DNA of 15,689 nucleotides from a virus (taxonomy: Duplodnaviria; Heunggongvirae; Uroviricota; Caudoviricetes). Each line of letters opens with the position of its first letter. Position 1 is the stretch's first letter. The notes under the pieces are model-generated. The model was not told the DNA's origin, did no database searches, and saw only the letters and a list, made by a program, of their open reading frames with translations. Where the stretch lies: the IMG/VR virus record IMGVR_UViG_3300029009_000076. The stretch is one strand, 5' to 3'. A program made the position numbers and the translations under genes. Below, piece after piece: positions 1 through 7,840 of the stretch.

Positions 1-603
1 TCAATCAGGCTTTATTCTGTTTCGCTGTAATTTTTTTACTCCTTCAAATGGTTTAGTTGATATAAATCCCGACTGATACGCAAAACGCAACAGCGAACAG
101 AGCAGGGCGATATAGTTATCAACTGTGCGCACGGTTCTTCCTTTTTTGTTGGATCTTGGATTATCCAGGTAAAGCGTTTCTCCATGCAGCAGTTCATTCC
201 GGTAGTTTAAGATATCGCTATAACGAATATGTGATATCGGGGTACTTTCACAAATTATTATTCTGAGTGTTTTTAATTGTGATTTCGTTTTCTTCATTGT
301 GTTTGTTGTTAACTCTGTCTCTTTAATTTTTGTCCAGATATCACAAAGCTCTCCGAACGTTTTTATGACTCTCGTTGTCACCATTTTTGCCCCAGTGCTG
401 GACTGGGGAAAACGTCTTAAATACTCAAATTCACCGGAGTTTATTTCATGAACTATCAGCGATCTTAAATTTCCGGCCTTTTTAATATTACTGTTTGTAA
501 TCTCCCAGCCTTTTAATGTTTCCCGACATCGTTTTCCTCGAAACATGAACCAGATGCGAATGTATCTACCTCTAATCTCGACACCTGTTGGTAATTTAGA
601 CAT
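1..603 (-). CDS. intR: Prophage integrase, N-terminal 200 aa only (catalytic C-terminal part lies left of the window)
   Basis: ORF starts with ATG at 603-601 and runs off the left edge; N-terminus MSKLPTGVEIRGRYIRIWF... recognised as the Rac integrase arm-binding region; immediately followed by an excisionase-like gene. Confidence 0.8.
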   Translation of the reverse strand: MSKLPTGVEIRGRYIRIWFMFRGKRCRETLKGWEITNSNIKKAGNLRSLIVHEINSGEFEYLRRFPQSSTGAKMVTTRVIKTFGELCDIWTKIKETELTTNTMKKTKSQLKTLRIIICESTPISHIRYSDILNYRNELLHGETLYLDNPRSNKKGRTVRTVDNYIALLCSLLRFAYQSGFISTKPFEGVKKLQRNRIKPD

Positions 604-604
604 A

Positions 605-820
605 TCATGAGTCTTTGATAAACTGATTTATCTTTGGATAGTTGTACCAGATAATCCCTCGTTTGCTGTCTGGCTTACCTAAAGGAGATACTCGTTTGAA
701 GTGGAAGCCCTCCACCCAACAGTTCTGGCGGTATGCTTCAATTTGTCTGGCCCCCAGACCAGTGCGAAGCATCAGGCCGTATTCAACCATCCACTCTTCA
801 TTAAAGATTACTTGTGCCAT
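605..820 (-). CDS. xisR: Excisionase-like protein, 71 aa
   Basis: Protein [32 protein letters not shown]... recognised as Rac YdaQ/XisR; stop TGA (605-607) lies 1 nt from the int start codon. The ORF track extends the start to 844; the internal ATG at 820 matches the 71-aa form. Confidence 0.7.
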   Translation of the reverse strand: MAQVIFNEEWMVEYGLMLRTGLGARQIEAYRQNCWVEGFHFKRVSPLGKPDSKRGIIWYNYPKINQFIKDS

Positions 821-898
821 CGCATCACCTCTGGCAGGCGCCAATGTTAGACTGAAATTGACGCCCGATGTTGATTATTAATAATCAGCTATGAAGTT

Positions 899-1108
899 TT
901 AATTTGAATACAATGCAATTCTCGAGGACTGAAGTTTCTCGCAATTAAAATTTATCAGTTTTACTTTCTGCTCTCTGGAAACGCCTGCTTCTTTTTTACC
1001 TGAGAGCATTTTTTCGCATTCTGATTTCGTTAGTTTAGATTTTGAATATCTTGTCCAGTTAGTAGGAGTGCCACCTTCCTTTTCAATAGTGGCGGTAATT
1101 TTATACAT
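899..1108 (-). CDS. ydaC: Small Rac protein YdaC-like, 69 aa
   Basis: MYKITATIEKEGGTPTNWTRYSKSKLTKSECEKMLSGKK... recognised as YdaC; start ATG at 1108-1106 overlaps the 3' end of ralR by 8 nt. Confidence 0.65.
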   Translation of the reverse strand: MYKITATIEKEGGTPTNWTRYSKSKLTKSECEKMLSGKKEAGVSREQKVKLINFNCEKLQSSRIALYSN

Positions 1109-1295
1109 GAACACCTCCATTATTATTTCCAGTGGTTCGTTTATTCCATCTTTCGAGTGCTTCTTTTTCACTTCCACCATAACCGGTTCGGGATTCGCAT
1201 CCGTTACACTTCGCTCGGTAATATCCTGAAATGGCTTTCACCGTTACTGATGGACAACCACAAAATGGACATGGTTTAACATTGTCATATCTCAT
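1101..1295 (-). CDS. ralR: Restriction-alleviation protein / type I toxin RalR (Lar family), 64 aa
   Basis: MRYDNVKPCPFCGCPSVTVKAISGYYRAKCNGCESRTGYGGSEKEALERWNKR... has the Cys-rich Lar-type motif; start ATG at 1295-1293. Confidence 0.8.
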   Translation of the reverse strand: MRYDNVKPCPFCGCPSVTVKAISGYYRAKCNGCESRTGYGGSEKEALERWNKRTTGNNNGGVHV

Positions 1296-1351
1296 AATTT
1301 TTCTCATAAAAAATATTTCAAGTTGGCGGTGCATTACACCGCCAGGCTGAA

Positions 1352-2161
1352 TTATTCCTCTGAATTATCGATTACACTGTATTCCCCGGTTAATACAGAG
1401 GAATCTGCAGGATCGATTGTCAGTGGTTCCTTTTCATCCATTGATACTGCACGCTGGATCTCAATTGATACGGGCAGATATTTGAACAGGCGACGAATAG
1501 CCGTTTTCTTTGCCATTTCTTCCCAGTGAGTTACCCACGGCCCGTTATTACCAGCTTTACTCAGGCTGCGCACCAGCTCAATCTGTTTGCGCGTCATAAC
1601 TTCAAACTGAGTACCTCCGTCTTTCAGTCTTGCGACAGCATAGACGTGGGTAACCGGGGCATCTTCGTTTTCTCCCGGGCGGTGTATTAACTTTTCATCA
1701 AGGCCAAATTCGAAGCTAAACTCGTCACCTTCACGGACAACACGGGCTGACAGGCTGGCGATTTGACCAGAACGGCGAGCCAGATCAATCATGCCGCGAT
1801 AGCCAATGATTAGCTGAACGTTCTTTTTACCGCTCTTTTCGTTTTTATTACCAAAAGGCAGTAAATATGCATGACCGAGGGCGCTACCTGGCTCAAGTCC
1901 GAGCTGTGAACACTGTACGATCGCACTGACAAAACTCATAGTGTCACAGTTTCCTAACGCCGGAACTTTACGAATTTCTGTGGTGGCGATACGGATCATA
2001 CGTTCAGCCGTCATATGGCGTGGAAGAGCTGCTGCCAGTTGCTCTTTCATTGATGGCTGGTTAATAAAACTAATCACGTCGCTATTTTTAACTGCTGCTG
2101 GTGCACGGTTTCCCTGAGTTTTTTGCAGATCGGCTTTTGCGATTGGTGGTTGCTTAGTCAT
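1352..2161 (-). CDS. recT: Recombinase RecT (single-strand annealing protein), 269 aa
   Basis: Protein from [24 protein letters not shown]... recognised as RecT; start ATG at 2161-2159 overlaps the recE stop by 8 nt. The ORF track's upstream extension to 2218 is not used. Confidence 0.9.
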   Translation of the reverse strand: MTKQPPIAKADLQKTQGNRAPAAVKNSDVISFINQPSMKEQLAAALPRHMTAERMIRIATTEIRKVPALGNCDTMSFVSAIVQCSQLGLEPGSALGHAYLLPFGNKNEKSGKKNVQLIIGYRGMIDLARRSGQIASLSARVVREGDEFSFEFGLDEKLIHRPGENEDAPVTHVYAVARLKDGGTQFEVMTRKQIELVRSLSKAGNNGPWVTHWEEMAKKTAIRRLFKYLPVSIEIQRAVSMDEKEPLTIDPADSSVLTGEYSVIDNSEE

Positions 2162-4754
2162 TTGCATATTCCTTAGCCCAGCGGGGCAGTGATAATGTCT
2201 TAATAGCTGGCCATTCATCGGTATTCAGGCAGTCAGACAGGGTTCGCAGATTGCGGTGATATTCCTGTTGACCTGCCAGTTTTGCTTCTTCGCCCATCAT
2301 GAAAATTTCAACCGGATAACGTCCGCATTCAATAGTTGTGCTGGCAACCAGAAAAACGAAAGTTGGCTGCACTCCAAACTGTGCTTCATAACCGTCACTG
2401 TAGAATGCATCCTGAACGTGATAGCGGTAGTCGTAATAAGCGGTTTTGAATCGTTGAATATCCGCCGTAGTTTTCACGTCCATGATCCAGTGAAATTCAG
2501 GGATAATTTTGTCCGGACGGCACCGACACAAAATTCCTGTTTCAGGATCTTCCCAGTAAATTGATGATTCAGCGTGTCCGGCGCTTTCAACAAGCCATTG
2601 CCCCAGCGGCAAAGCCATAACGCTTTGATACATGAGTTCAATTTTCCGGCCTTCTTCCGCAGTGATAACCGTTTTTCCTGTGCTTGCGCATTCCATCAGA
2701 AACGCTTTCTCTTCTTCTTTTCCGGCGTTTGTACGGCGGTTAAATTCAGGTGCTACGATAAAGCGGTTACTGAATTCTTCCGGTTCAAGTACCCGGCAGT
2801 GGAAAGCAGTTCCTAAATCGAGCGTTTTTGTCTTTGTGGTGTCCACGGGGGCATTTTTACGCCACAAATATAGTGCCGGAGTATCAGCAATGTCATCGAG
2901 CTGAGACTTACTGATACCGGGACCCGCGTGGTAATTCTCATTCGAAATTCCGTAATAAATACCTGGCTCTATGTCTTCTACGATTACGGGATCTGCGACT
3001 TCGCCAGTTTCATCACTGCAATCGCGATGCGGATCGCTGCCAGCATTCTCATTGTGCGGATGTTCAGCGCCTTCCATTTCCTCCGGATCATTTTCCTTAG
3101 CTTCAACCTGACTCTCTTCATCGAATGTTTCCTGGTATGTTGCGTCGCCCATCACCGCACCACAGTCAGGGCAGTTATCCCCGCCAGTCTGGCCGCAGGC
3201 ATTGCAGGCTATTTCCGGTTCCTGTTGCACTACTGGCTCAGGTTGATTCATATCTGGGCTGGTTTTTTCCGTTTCTGGCTGGTTCTGGTACACACAATCG
3301 CGAGTCTGGATCCCCTTTACCCATTTCGGATCGTTCGGGTCGCTAATTCCGTCAACAAATTCACCACGTGATGCAGCAAGCAATTTATCGGCATCGACAG
3401 GATTTTTTGATGGAATGTTTTTCCGGGCTTCATGGAGTTCTGCCCGCAGTTCCTGATATTTCGCATCAACAGAATTTACCTGTGACTGAGCATCCAGCGG
3501 CTGCGTGTCCTGATGATGTTCAGTTGCGTCCGGTTCCATTGTTTCAGCCTCTCCCTGTTCAACTGCCGTTGTTCCAGATGGTTGCGGTTTTTCTTCATCA
3601 TCCTGTTTTCCTTCTTCTGTTACTCGCTGCGGCATCGGGGCAGAGGAGCGACCGCAGGCAATATCCACGATTTCCGGATCAGGGTTGGCATGATCGGTTT
3701 CAGTCAGTACTTTGTTCAGATATTCAGTGACGTGCGCGGGGATGACCTCGATCCCAATTGGTGCTTCTTTTACGGACGCAACCACGATGGCGCGGGAATA
3801 ATCCAGCCCGCCAGGCATGGTGATGAATTTGTCGCGGAAAACAGAAAAGGGCGGTTTATTTTCAGCGATAATTTCCTCAATGCGTTTAGCGTGTGCCGGA
3901 TGAAGGTTATAGATGTCCAGATCCATTGAACGGGCCAGTACGCCAGTGGCTACGTCGCGCGCCAGTGACGTCAGATCGTGTACGAAACCTTCGCCGCGAT
4001 CGGTGAGGTTTCCGCCGCCAGCATTAGCACCGGAAGCCGTGCGAGTGATGTGTGAAACACGATTACCCTTCATCCACTCTTTTGTCAGCAGTCCTCGATC
4101 GGTGTAGTCAGCGTTCAGGTATGCTTCGAAAAAAGCAGTTATCAGTCCCAGGTTTGAATTACCAGGATTAGGGAAAACTTTGTCAGTGTCACGAACCAGT
4201 TTGTGGAGTTCGCGAATTTCCAGCGGGTCGAGCAGGCTGGTTTTGTGGGAAACAGCCAGGGCAGTAACAGCCGGTAGTTCTTCAGCCCGAGCAATGTGTA
4301 ATGCCTGGAGTCCGTCGCGTGAAACGTGCGTTACCGGTTTTTCGCTGCCGTGTTGAGCAAGCCAACGAATGGGCAGTTCCTGGCCAGAAATTGGGAGTAG
4401 CATATTCTCCTCAATCTCAGTCATGTCTTCGCCGTTGACGTTGGTATTGCCTTGATAGTGAGCGTTGTCTGGTGCTGCTCCCGGTTTTAGTTCCCATGTC
4501 ATGGAGTCTTTGCTGAGTTGATAGCGTTCACTCCAGGTAAAATCGATCTCACCTTCAGCGGGCAGGTCATTAACGACAGGAAAATTCGTGGCAACAGCTT
4601 TAAAATAGCTGCTCAGTTTTTTACCTGACTTAACGATCAGGTAGTCCAGAGTGGCACAGGTCGATTCAAAATCGTTGCTTGCCCACAGGACGACGTCAGG
4701 TTCACCGGATGATTTTTTCGCTTTCCGTAACAGGAAGAGTGGTTTTGTGCTCAT
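2154..4754 (-). CDS. recE: Exodeoxyribonuclease VIII RecE, 866 aa
   Basis: Full 866-aa [32 protein letters not shown]...; acidic central region and C-terminal nuclease domain as in RecE; sits directly upstream of recT in one operon. Confidence 0.9.
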   Translation of the reverse strand: MSTKPLFLLRKAKKSSGEPDVVLWASNDFESTCATLDYLIVKSGKKLSSYFKAVATNFPVVNDLPAEGEIDFTWSERYQLSKDSMTWELKPGAAPDNAHYQGNTNVNGEDMTEIEENMLLPISGQELPIRWLAQHGSEKPVTHVSRDGLQALHIARAEELPAVTALAVSHKTSLLDPLEIRELHKLVRDTDKVFPNPGNSNLGLITAFFEAYLNADYTDRGLLTKEWMKGNRVSHITRTASGANAGGGNLTDRGEGFVHDLTSLARDVATGVLARSMDLDIYNLHPAHAKRIEEIIAENKPPFSVFRDKFITMPGGLDYSRAIVVASVKEAPIGIEVIPAHVTEYLNKVLTETDHANPDPEIVDIACGRSSAPMPQRVTEEGKQDDEEKPQPSGTTAVEQGEAETMEPDATEHHQDTQPLDAQSQVNSVDAKYQELRAELHEARKNIPSKNPVDADKLLAASRGEFVDGISDPNDPKWVKGIQTRDCVYQNQPETEKTSPDMNQPEPVVQQEPEIACNACGQTGGDNCPDCGAVMGDATYQETFDEESQVEAKENDPEEMEGAEHPHNENAGSDPHRDCSDETGEVADPVIVEDIEPGIYYGISNENYHAGPGISKSQLDDIADTPALYLWRKNAPVDTTKTKTLDLGTAFHCRVLEPEEFSNRFIVAPEFNRRTNAGKEEEKAFLMECASTGKTVITAEEGRKIELMYQSVMALPLGQWLVESAGHAESSIYWEDPETGILCRCRPDKIIPEFHWIMDVKTTADIQRFKTAYYDYRYHVQDAFYSDGYEAQFGVQPTFVFLVASTTIECGRYPVEIFMMGEEAKLAGQQEYHRNLRTLSDCLNTDEWPAIKTLSLPRWAKEYAND

Positions 4755-4825
4755 TGTTTTTTAACCTCAACTCAGATTAAAATTCGTTTTGTTCAGTGAA
4801 TGATCTTGCCGGATACACACTGTTC

Positions 4826-4857
4826 ATAGCCTGCGCCATACGCAGGCTATTTCTTTC
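4826..4857 (+). terminator. Intrinsic-terminator-like hairpin oriented on the plus strand, between recE and racC
   Basis: Perfect 10-bp stem ATAGCCTGCG / CGCAGGCTAT with 5-nt loop (4826-4850) followed by TTCTTTC; the T-tract is only on the plus-strand side. Confidence 0.4.
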
Positions 4858-5131
4858 AGATTTCACCTTTTAATTTCATTGCAATTAGAGTTGCCAGAAA
4901 TTCGGCTTTTTTTTCTGCGGGCAGATTCTTTCCGATATGCACCAGGCACATTTTTTTGACACCTTCATCAAGTGTTTTTACGTTGCCTGATGGACCATCG
5001 ATATCAACCACAGTGAATGGGGTTTCTTTATTTTCTGTTTTAATTACGTAGCCAATGCGCTTTCCTTCCAGATTCACCTCGTGAACAATGTCATCGGTAG
5101 TTACAACAGTGGCTTCATAATTGGTAATCAT
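4856..5131 (-). CDS. racC: RacC, 91 aa
   Basis: MITNYEATVVTTDDIVHEVNLEGKRIGYVIKTENKETPF... recognised as RacC; ATG at 5131-5129 is preceded (on the minus strand) by AAGGAG. The ORF track's longer start at 5179 is not used. Confidence 0.75.
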   Translation of the reverse strand: MITNYEATVVTTDDIVHEVNLEGKRIGYVIKTENKETPFTVVDIDGPSGNVKTLDEGVKKMCLVHIGKNLPAEKKAEFLATLIAMKLKGEI

Positions 5132-5205
5132 GTTTTTCTCCTTAATTAAGGTTGAGCGAATACCTGCCATTTCTGGCATAAATTCAGTTTCGAATAGTCA
5201 ATTAA

Positions 5206-5376
5206 TTAAAGTTCATGTGCCATCTGGTCTTTTTCGGCACAAGCTTCACTGCAATATTTTCTCGGTTCGTCTTTTGATAAAATCCCGTGCATGAAGTGAA
5301 GCATTCTTTCAATAGCTTTGCTTTCTTCAACGTCTTTTTTGCAAAGGTGGTAAGCACATTTTATTTTCTTAGTCAT
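5206..5376 (-). CDS. ydaE: Small Cys-rich (probable zinc-binding) protein YdaE, 56 aa
   Basis: Not in the ORF track (too short). Reverse-strand translation [56 protein letters not shown]; start ATG at 5376-5374 shares 1 nt with the kilR stop. Confidence 0.7.
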   Translation of the reverse strand: MTKKIKCAYHLCKKDVEESKAIERMLHFMHGILSKDEPRKYCSEACAEKDQMAHEL

Positions 5377-5597
5377 CACCATGACTCCGCCTTTACAGGT
5401 AAACCATCACGACCGAGGAAGACTTTAATCATGCGGTCAGTAATGCATGTTTTTGTGGTCAGGTTACGAATATATAGTTTTCGCTTTTTAATATTGTTTG
5501 CCGAGGCAATATATGTCCGGCCTTCATGAAGAACATAATCGCCAGGAGTCACACACTGACGTGGTATTTCATCAGTTCCGAAGTGATGTGCAATCAT
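5376..5597 (-). CDS. kilR: KilR, cell-division (FtsZ) inhibitor toxin, 73 aa
   Basis: [46 protein letters not shown]... recognised as KilR; GGAGA Shine-Dalgarno upstream of ATG 5597-5595. Confidence 0.8.
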   Translation of the reverse strand: MIAHHFGTDEIPRQCVTPGDYVLHEGRTYIASANNIKKRKLYIRNLTTKTCITDRMIKVFLGRDGLPVKAESW

Positions 5598-6038
5598 AAT
5601 TATCTCCATTTTTACAAATGAACTTTGTTGATGCGGTGCCTGGTGCCTCCAGGTGACTGCAACCAGTTAACAATTACAGTCGGCTTTCCCACCCAAACCA
5701 ATAAGGACTAACATGACTTTTAACTGTGCCACGTGCGCTTAGCCGCATTCACCGCATCACAAAATTCACTTTAAAAAGGGCGGACATCAGCCGAACTTCA
5801 AGAAAAAAACTGATGCCGCCAGGACTACACACAGCAATGTCGTTATTTACAACCGGAGGCGCACTCCCACCATTTAAATTTAACAGACAAGACCGACTCT
5901 TTATGGATATCGGAAATGCGCCTTCGTGTTGTGCCCGGTTTTATTTCACCACCTCCGGGCTTCGGTGGTCTCGGCTATACCCCTACAGCGAGAGCTTGTG
6001 TTAACATTTCAATACCCTTACAGTTGAGAGTTATTGAT

Positions 6039-6527
6039 ATGTTGGATGTATTTACTCCATTGTTGAAACTTTTTGCTAACGAGCCACTCGAAAGACTTAT
6101 GTATACGATTATCATTTTTGGTCTCACTCTCTGGCTGATACCGAAAGAGTTTACTGTCGCATTCAATGCTTATACTGAAATACCTTGGCTCTTTCAGATT
6201 ATCGTTTTTGCCTTTTCTTTCGTGGTCGCCATTTCCTTCTCAAGATTGCGAGCGCATATTCAAAAGCATTATTCATTACTACCAGAGCAACGAGTATTGC
6301 TTCGTTTATCTGAGAAAGAAATCGCTGTATTTAAAGATTTCCTTAAAACAGGAAATCTTATTATCACTTCTCCTTGCCGTAACCCGGTTATGAAAAAATT
6401 AGAACGGAAGGGCATCATTCAACATCAGAGTGATAGCGCAAACTGTTCTTATTATCTCGTCACCGAAAAATACTCCCATTTTATGAAGTTATTCTGGAAC
6501 AGCAGGAGTAGACGTTTTAATCGTTAG
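6039..6527 (+). CDS. sieB: Superinfection exclusion protein SieB, 162 aa
   Basis: MLDVFTPLLKLFANEPLERLMYTIIIFGLTLWLIPKEF... with hydrophobic N-terminal helices; ATG at 6039. The ORF track's upstream extension from 5916 is not used. Confidence 0.8.
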   Translation: MLDVFTPLLKLFANEPLERLMYTIIIFGLTLWLIPKEFTVAFNAYTEIPWLFQIIVFAFSFVVAISFSRLRAHIQKHYSLLPEQRVLLRLSEKEIAVFKDFLKTGNLIITSPCRNPVMKKLERKGIIQHQSDSANCSYYLVTEKYSHFMKLFWNSRSRRFNR

Positions 6528-6679
6528 CTTACTGTGTGCTTCTCCAACCATCGGCGCGCACCAGTTTCGGTTTTAAATGTTTTGCTTTTGGTATACGTCA
6601 TGGCAGTGAACGTTCCATCCTGGTTGGGGAACACGCCGCACACCAGGGATTCGTTGTTGCCGAGGTCGATTTTTTGCAT
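6524..6679 (-). CDS. ydaF: Small Rac protein YdaF-like, 51 aa
   Basis: Not in the ORF track. Reverse translation MQKIDLGNNESLVCGVFPNQDGTFTAMTYTKSKTFKTETGARRWLEKHTVS; GAGGTG Shine-Dalgarno before ATG 6679-6677; 3' end overlaps the sieB stop convergently. Confidence 0.6.
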   Translation of the reverse strand: MQKIDLGNNESLVCGVFPNQDGTFTAMTYTKSKTFKTETGARRWLEKHTVS

Positions 6680-6689
6680 TTTTCGCACC

Positions 6690-6824
6690 TCACATCTTGT
6701 TGTTGCGGATAGAGGCTTCTGCTTGCCAGAGATCCCAGTCGTTGCTACGTAAAGCCTGCACAGCCGGGCTGTAAGTGATACCGCAACAATCCATCAAATA
6801 CTGAACTACTTCGTAATGCACCAT
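6690..6824 (-). CDS. ydaG: Small Rac protein YdaG-like, 44 aa
   Basis: C-terminal 44 aa of ORF 6690..6983: MVHYEVVQYLMDCCGITYSPAVQALRSNDWDLWQAEASIRNNKM; GGGGAGAGA Shine-Dalgarno before ATG 6824-6822. Confidence 0.6.
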   Translation of the reverse strand: MVHYEVVQYLMDCCGITYSPAVQALRSNDWDLWQAEASIRNNKM

Positions 6825-6840
6825 CTTATCTCTCCCCTTA

Positions 6841-7242
6841 ACGCCGGGTATATGGACCATCTGTCGTGGTGCCACAATGGTGGATGGTAAGCCCGTCATA
6901 CCGGGAATGAGGCTGTCGAAGGAAAAATGCGACCAGGTTAACGCTATTGAACGTGATAAGGCGCTGGCATGGGTGGAGCGCAATATTAAAGTACCACTGA
7001 CCGAACCACAGAAAGCGGGTATAGCGTCATTTTGTCCCTATAACATTGGCCCCGGTAAGTGTTTCCCGTCGACGTTTTATAAGCGGCTGAATGCCGGTGA
7101 TCGTAAGGGTGCATGCGAGGCGATTCGCTGGTGGATAAAAGATGGTGGGCGCGATTGCCGCATACGTTCAAATAACTGCTATGGACAGGTTATTCGTCGT
7201 GACCAGGAAAGCGCATTAGCCTGTTGGGGGATAGATCAGTGA
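6841..7242 (+). pseudogene. 5'-truncated phage lysozyme-type endolysin (R-like); roughly the N-terminal 40 aa, including the likely catalytic/SAR region, are missing
   Basis: Frame is open from 6817; the part ...PGIWTICRGATMVDGKPVIPGMRLSKEKCDQVNAIERDKALAWVERNIKVPLTEPQKAGIASFCPYNIGPGKCF...ACWGIDQ aligns by eye to lambdoid prophage lysozymes (RrrD-like), but no N-terminal region or plausible start is present; stop TGA 7240-7242 overlaps the Rz start. Confidence 0.65.
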
Positions 7243-7703
7243 GCAGAGTCGCCGCGATTATTTATGCTCTGGTTATCTGCATCATCGTCTGCCTGTCATG
7301 GGCTGTTAATCATTACCGTGATAACGCCACCGCCTACAAAGAGCAGCGCGACAAAAATGCCAGAGAACTGAAGCTGGCGAACGCGGCAATTACTGACATG
7401 CAGATGCGTCAGCGTGATGTTGCTGCGCTCGATGCAAAATACACGAAGGAGTTAGCTGATGCGAAAGCTGAAAATGATGCTCTGCGTGATGATGTTGCCG
7501 CTGGTCGTCGTCGGTTGCACATCAAAGCAGTCTGTCAGTCAGTGCGTGAAGCCACCACCGCCTCCGGCGTGGATAATGCAGCCTCCCCCCGACTGGCAGA
7601 CACCGCTGAACGGGATTATTTCACCCTCCGGGAACGACTGGTAATGATGCAGGCCCAACTTGAAGGTGCTCAGCAATACATAACCGAACAGTGTTTAAAG
7701 TAA
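7239..7703 (+). CDS. rzpR: Rz-type i-spanin (inner-membrane spanin), about 154 aa, apparently intact
   Basis: [60 protein letters not shown]... is near-identical in pattern to lambda Rz; likely GTG start at 7239 overlapping the endolysin stop (the track offers TTG at 7224). Confidence 0.8.
   Translation: MSRVAAIIYALVICIIVCLSWAVNHYRDNATAYKEQRDKNARELKLANAAITDMQMRQRDVAALDAKYTKELADAKAENDALRDDVAAGRRRLHIKAVCQSVREATTASGVDNAASPRLADTAERDYFTLRERLVMMQAQLEGAQQYITEQCLK
7459..7644 (+). CDS. rzoR: Rz1-type o-spanin lipoprotein, 61 aa, embedded in the +1 frame of Rz
   Basis: [52 protein letters not shown]...: signal peptide with lipobox ...VVGC and a proline-rich mature part; AAGGAG Shine-Dalgarno at 7446-7451. 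Confidence 0.8.
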   Translation: MRKLKMMLCVMMLPLVVVGCTSKQSVSQCVKPPPPPAWIMQPPPDWQTPLNGIISPSGNDW

Positions 7704-7840
7704 AATCTTAACTACAATATGATTCATTTTGATGATTGTTTCATAAGGAACAGTGAAGTAAGATCTAAGAGGAGTTAAATTTTATACAGTATAATCATAA
7801 TATTGCAGCAAGGTGGTTATAATTGAAAGAATATTTAGAT

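Noticed and set aside
1323-1529. 68-aa plus-strand ORF overlapping the recT 3' end
   Set aside because: Antisense to recT with no translation signals; noted only because an antisense RNA to ralR is expected somewhere nearby.
2256-4107. Series of plus-strand ORFs (102, 80, 90, 147, 73, 120, 138 and 64 aa) across the recE region
   Set aside because: All lie antisense to the well-supported recE gene, have no ribosome-binding sites and give low-complexity translations; treated as shadow ORFs.
5726-6004. 92-aa plus-strand ORF in the kilR-sieB intergenic region
   Set aside because: No ribosome-binding site and an Arg/Ser-rich translation typical of a non-coding frame; the region is more likely regulatory.
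5916-6038. Upstream extension of sieB to a 203-aa ORF
   Set aside because: The extension has no Shine-Dalgarno and a Pro/Gly-rich low-complexity translation; the recognised SieB N-terminus starts at ATG 6039.
6877-7242. ATG at 6877 as the true start of the lysozyme ORF
   Set aside because: Similarity to full-length lysozymes continues upstream of this ATG in the same frame, so this is an internal methionine of a truncated gene rather than a start.
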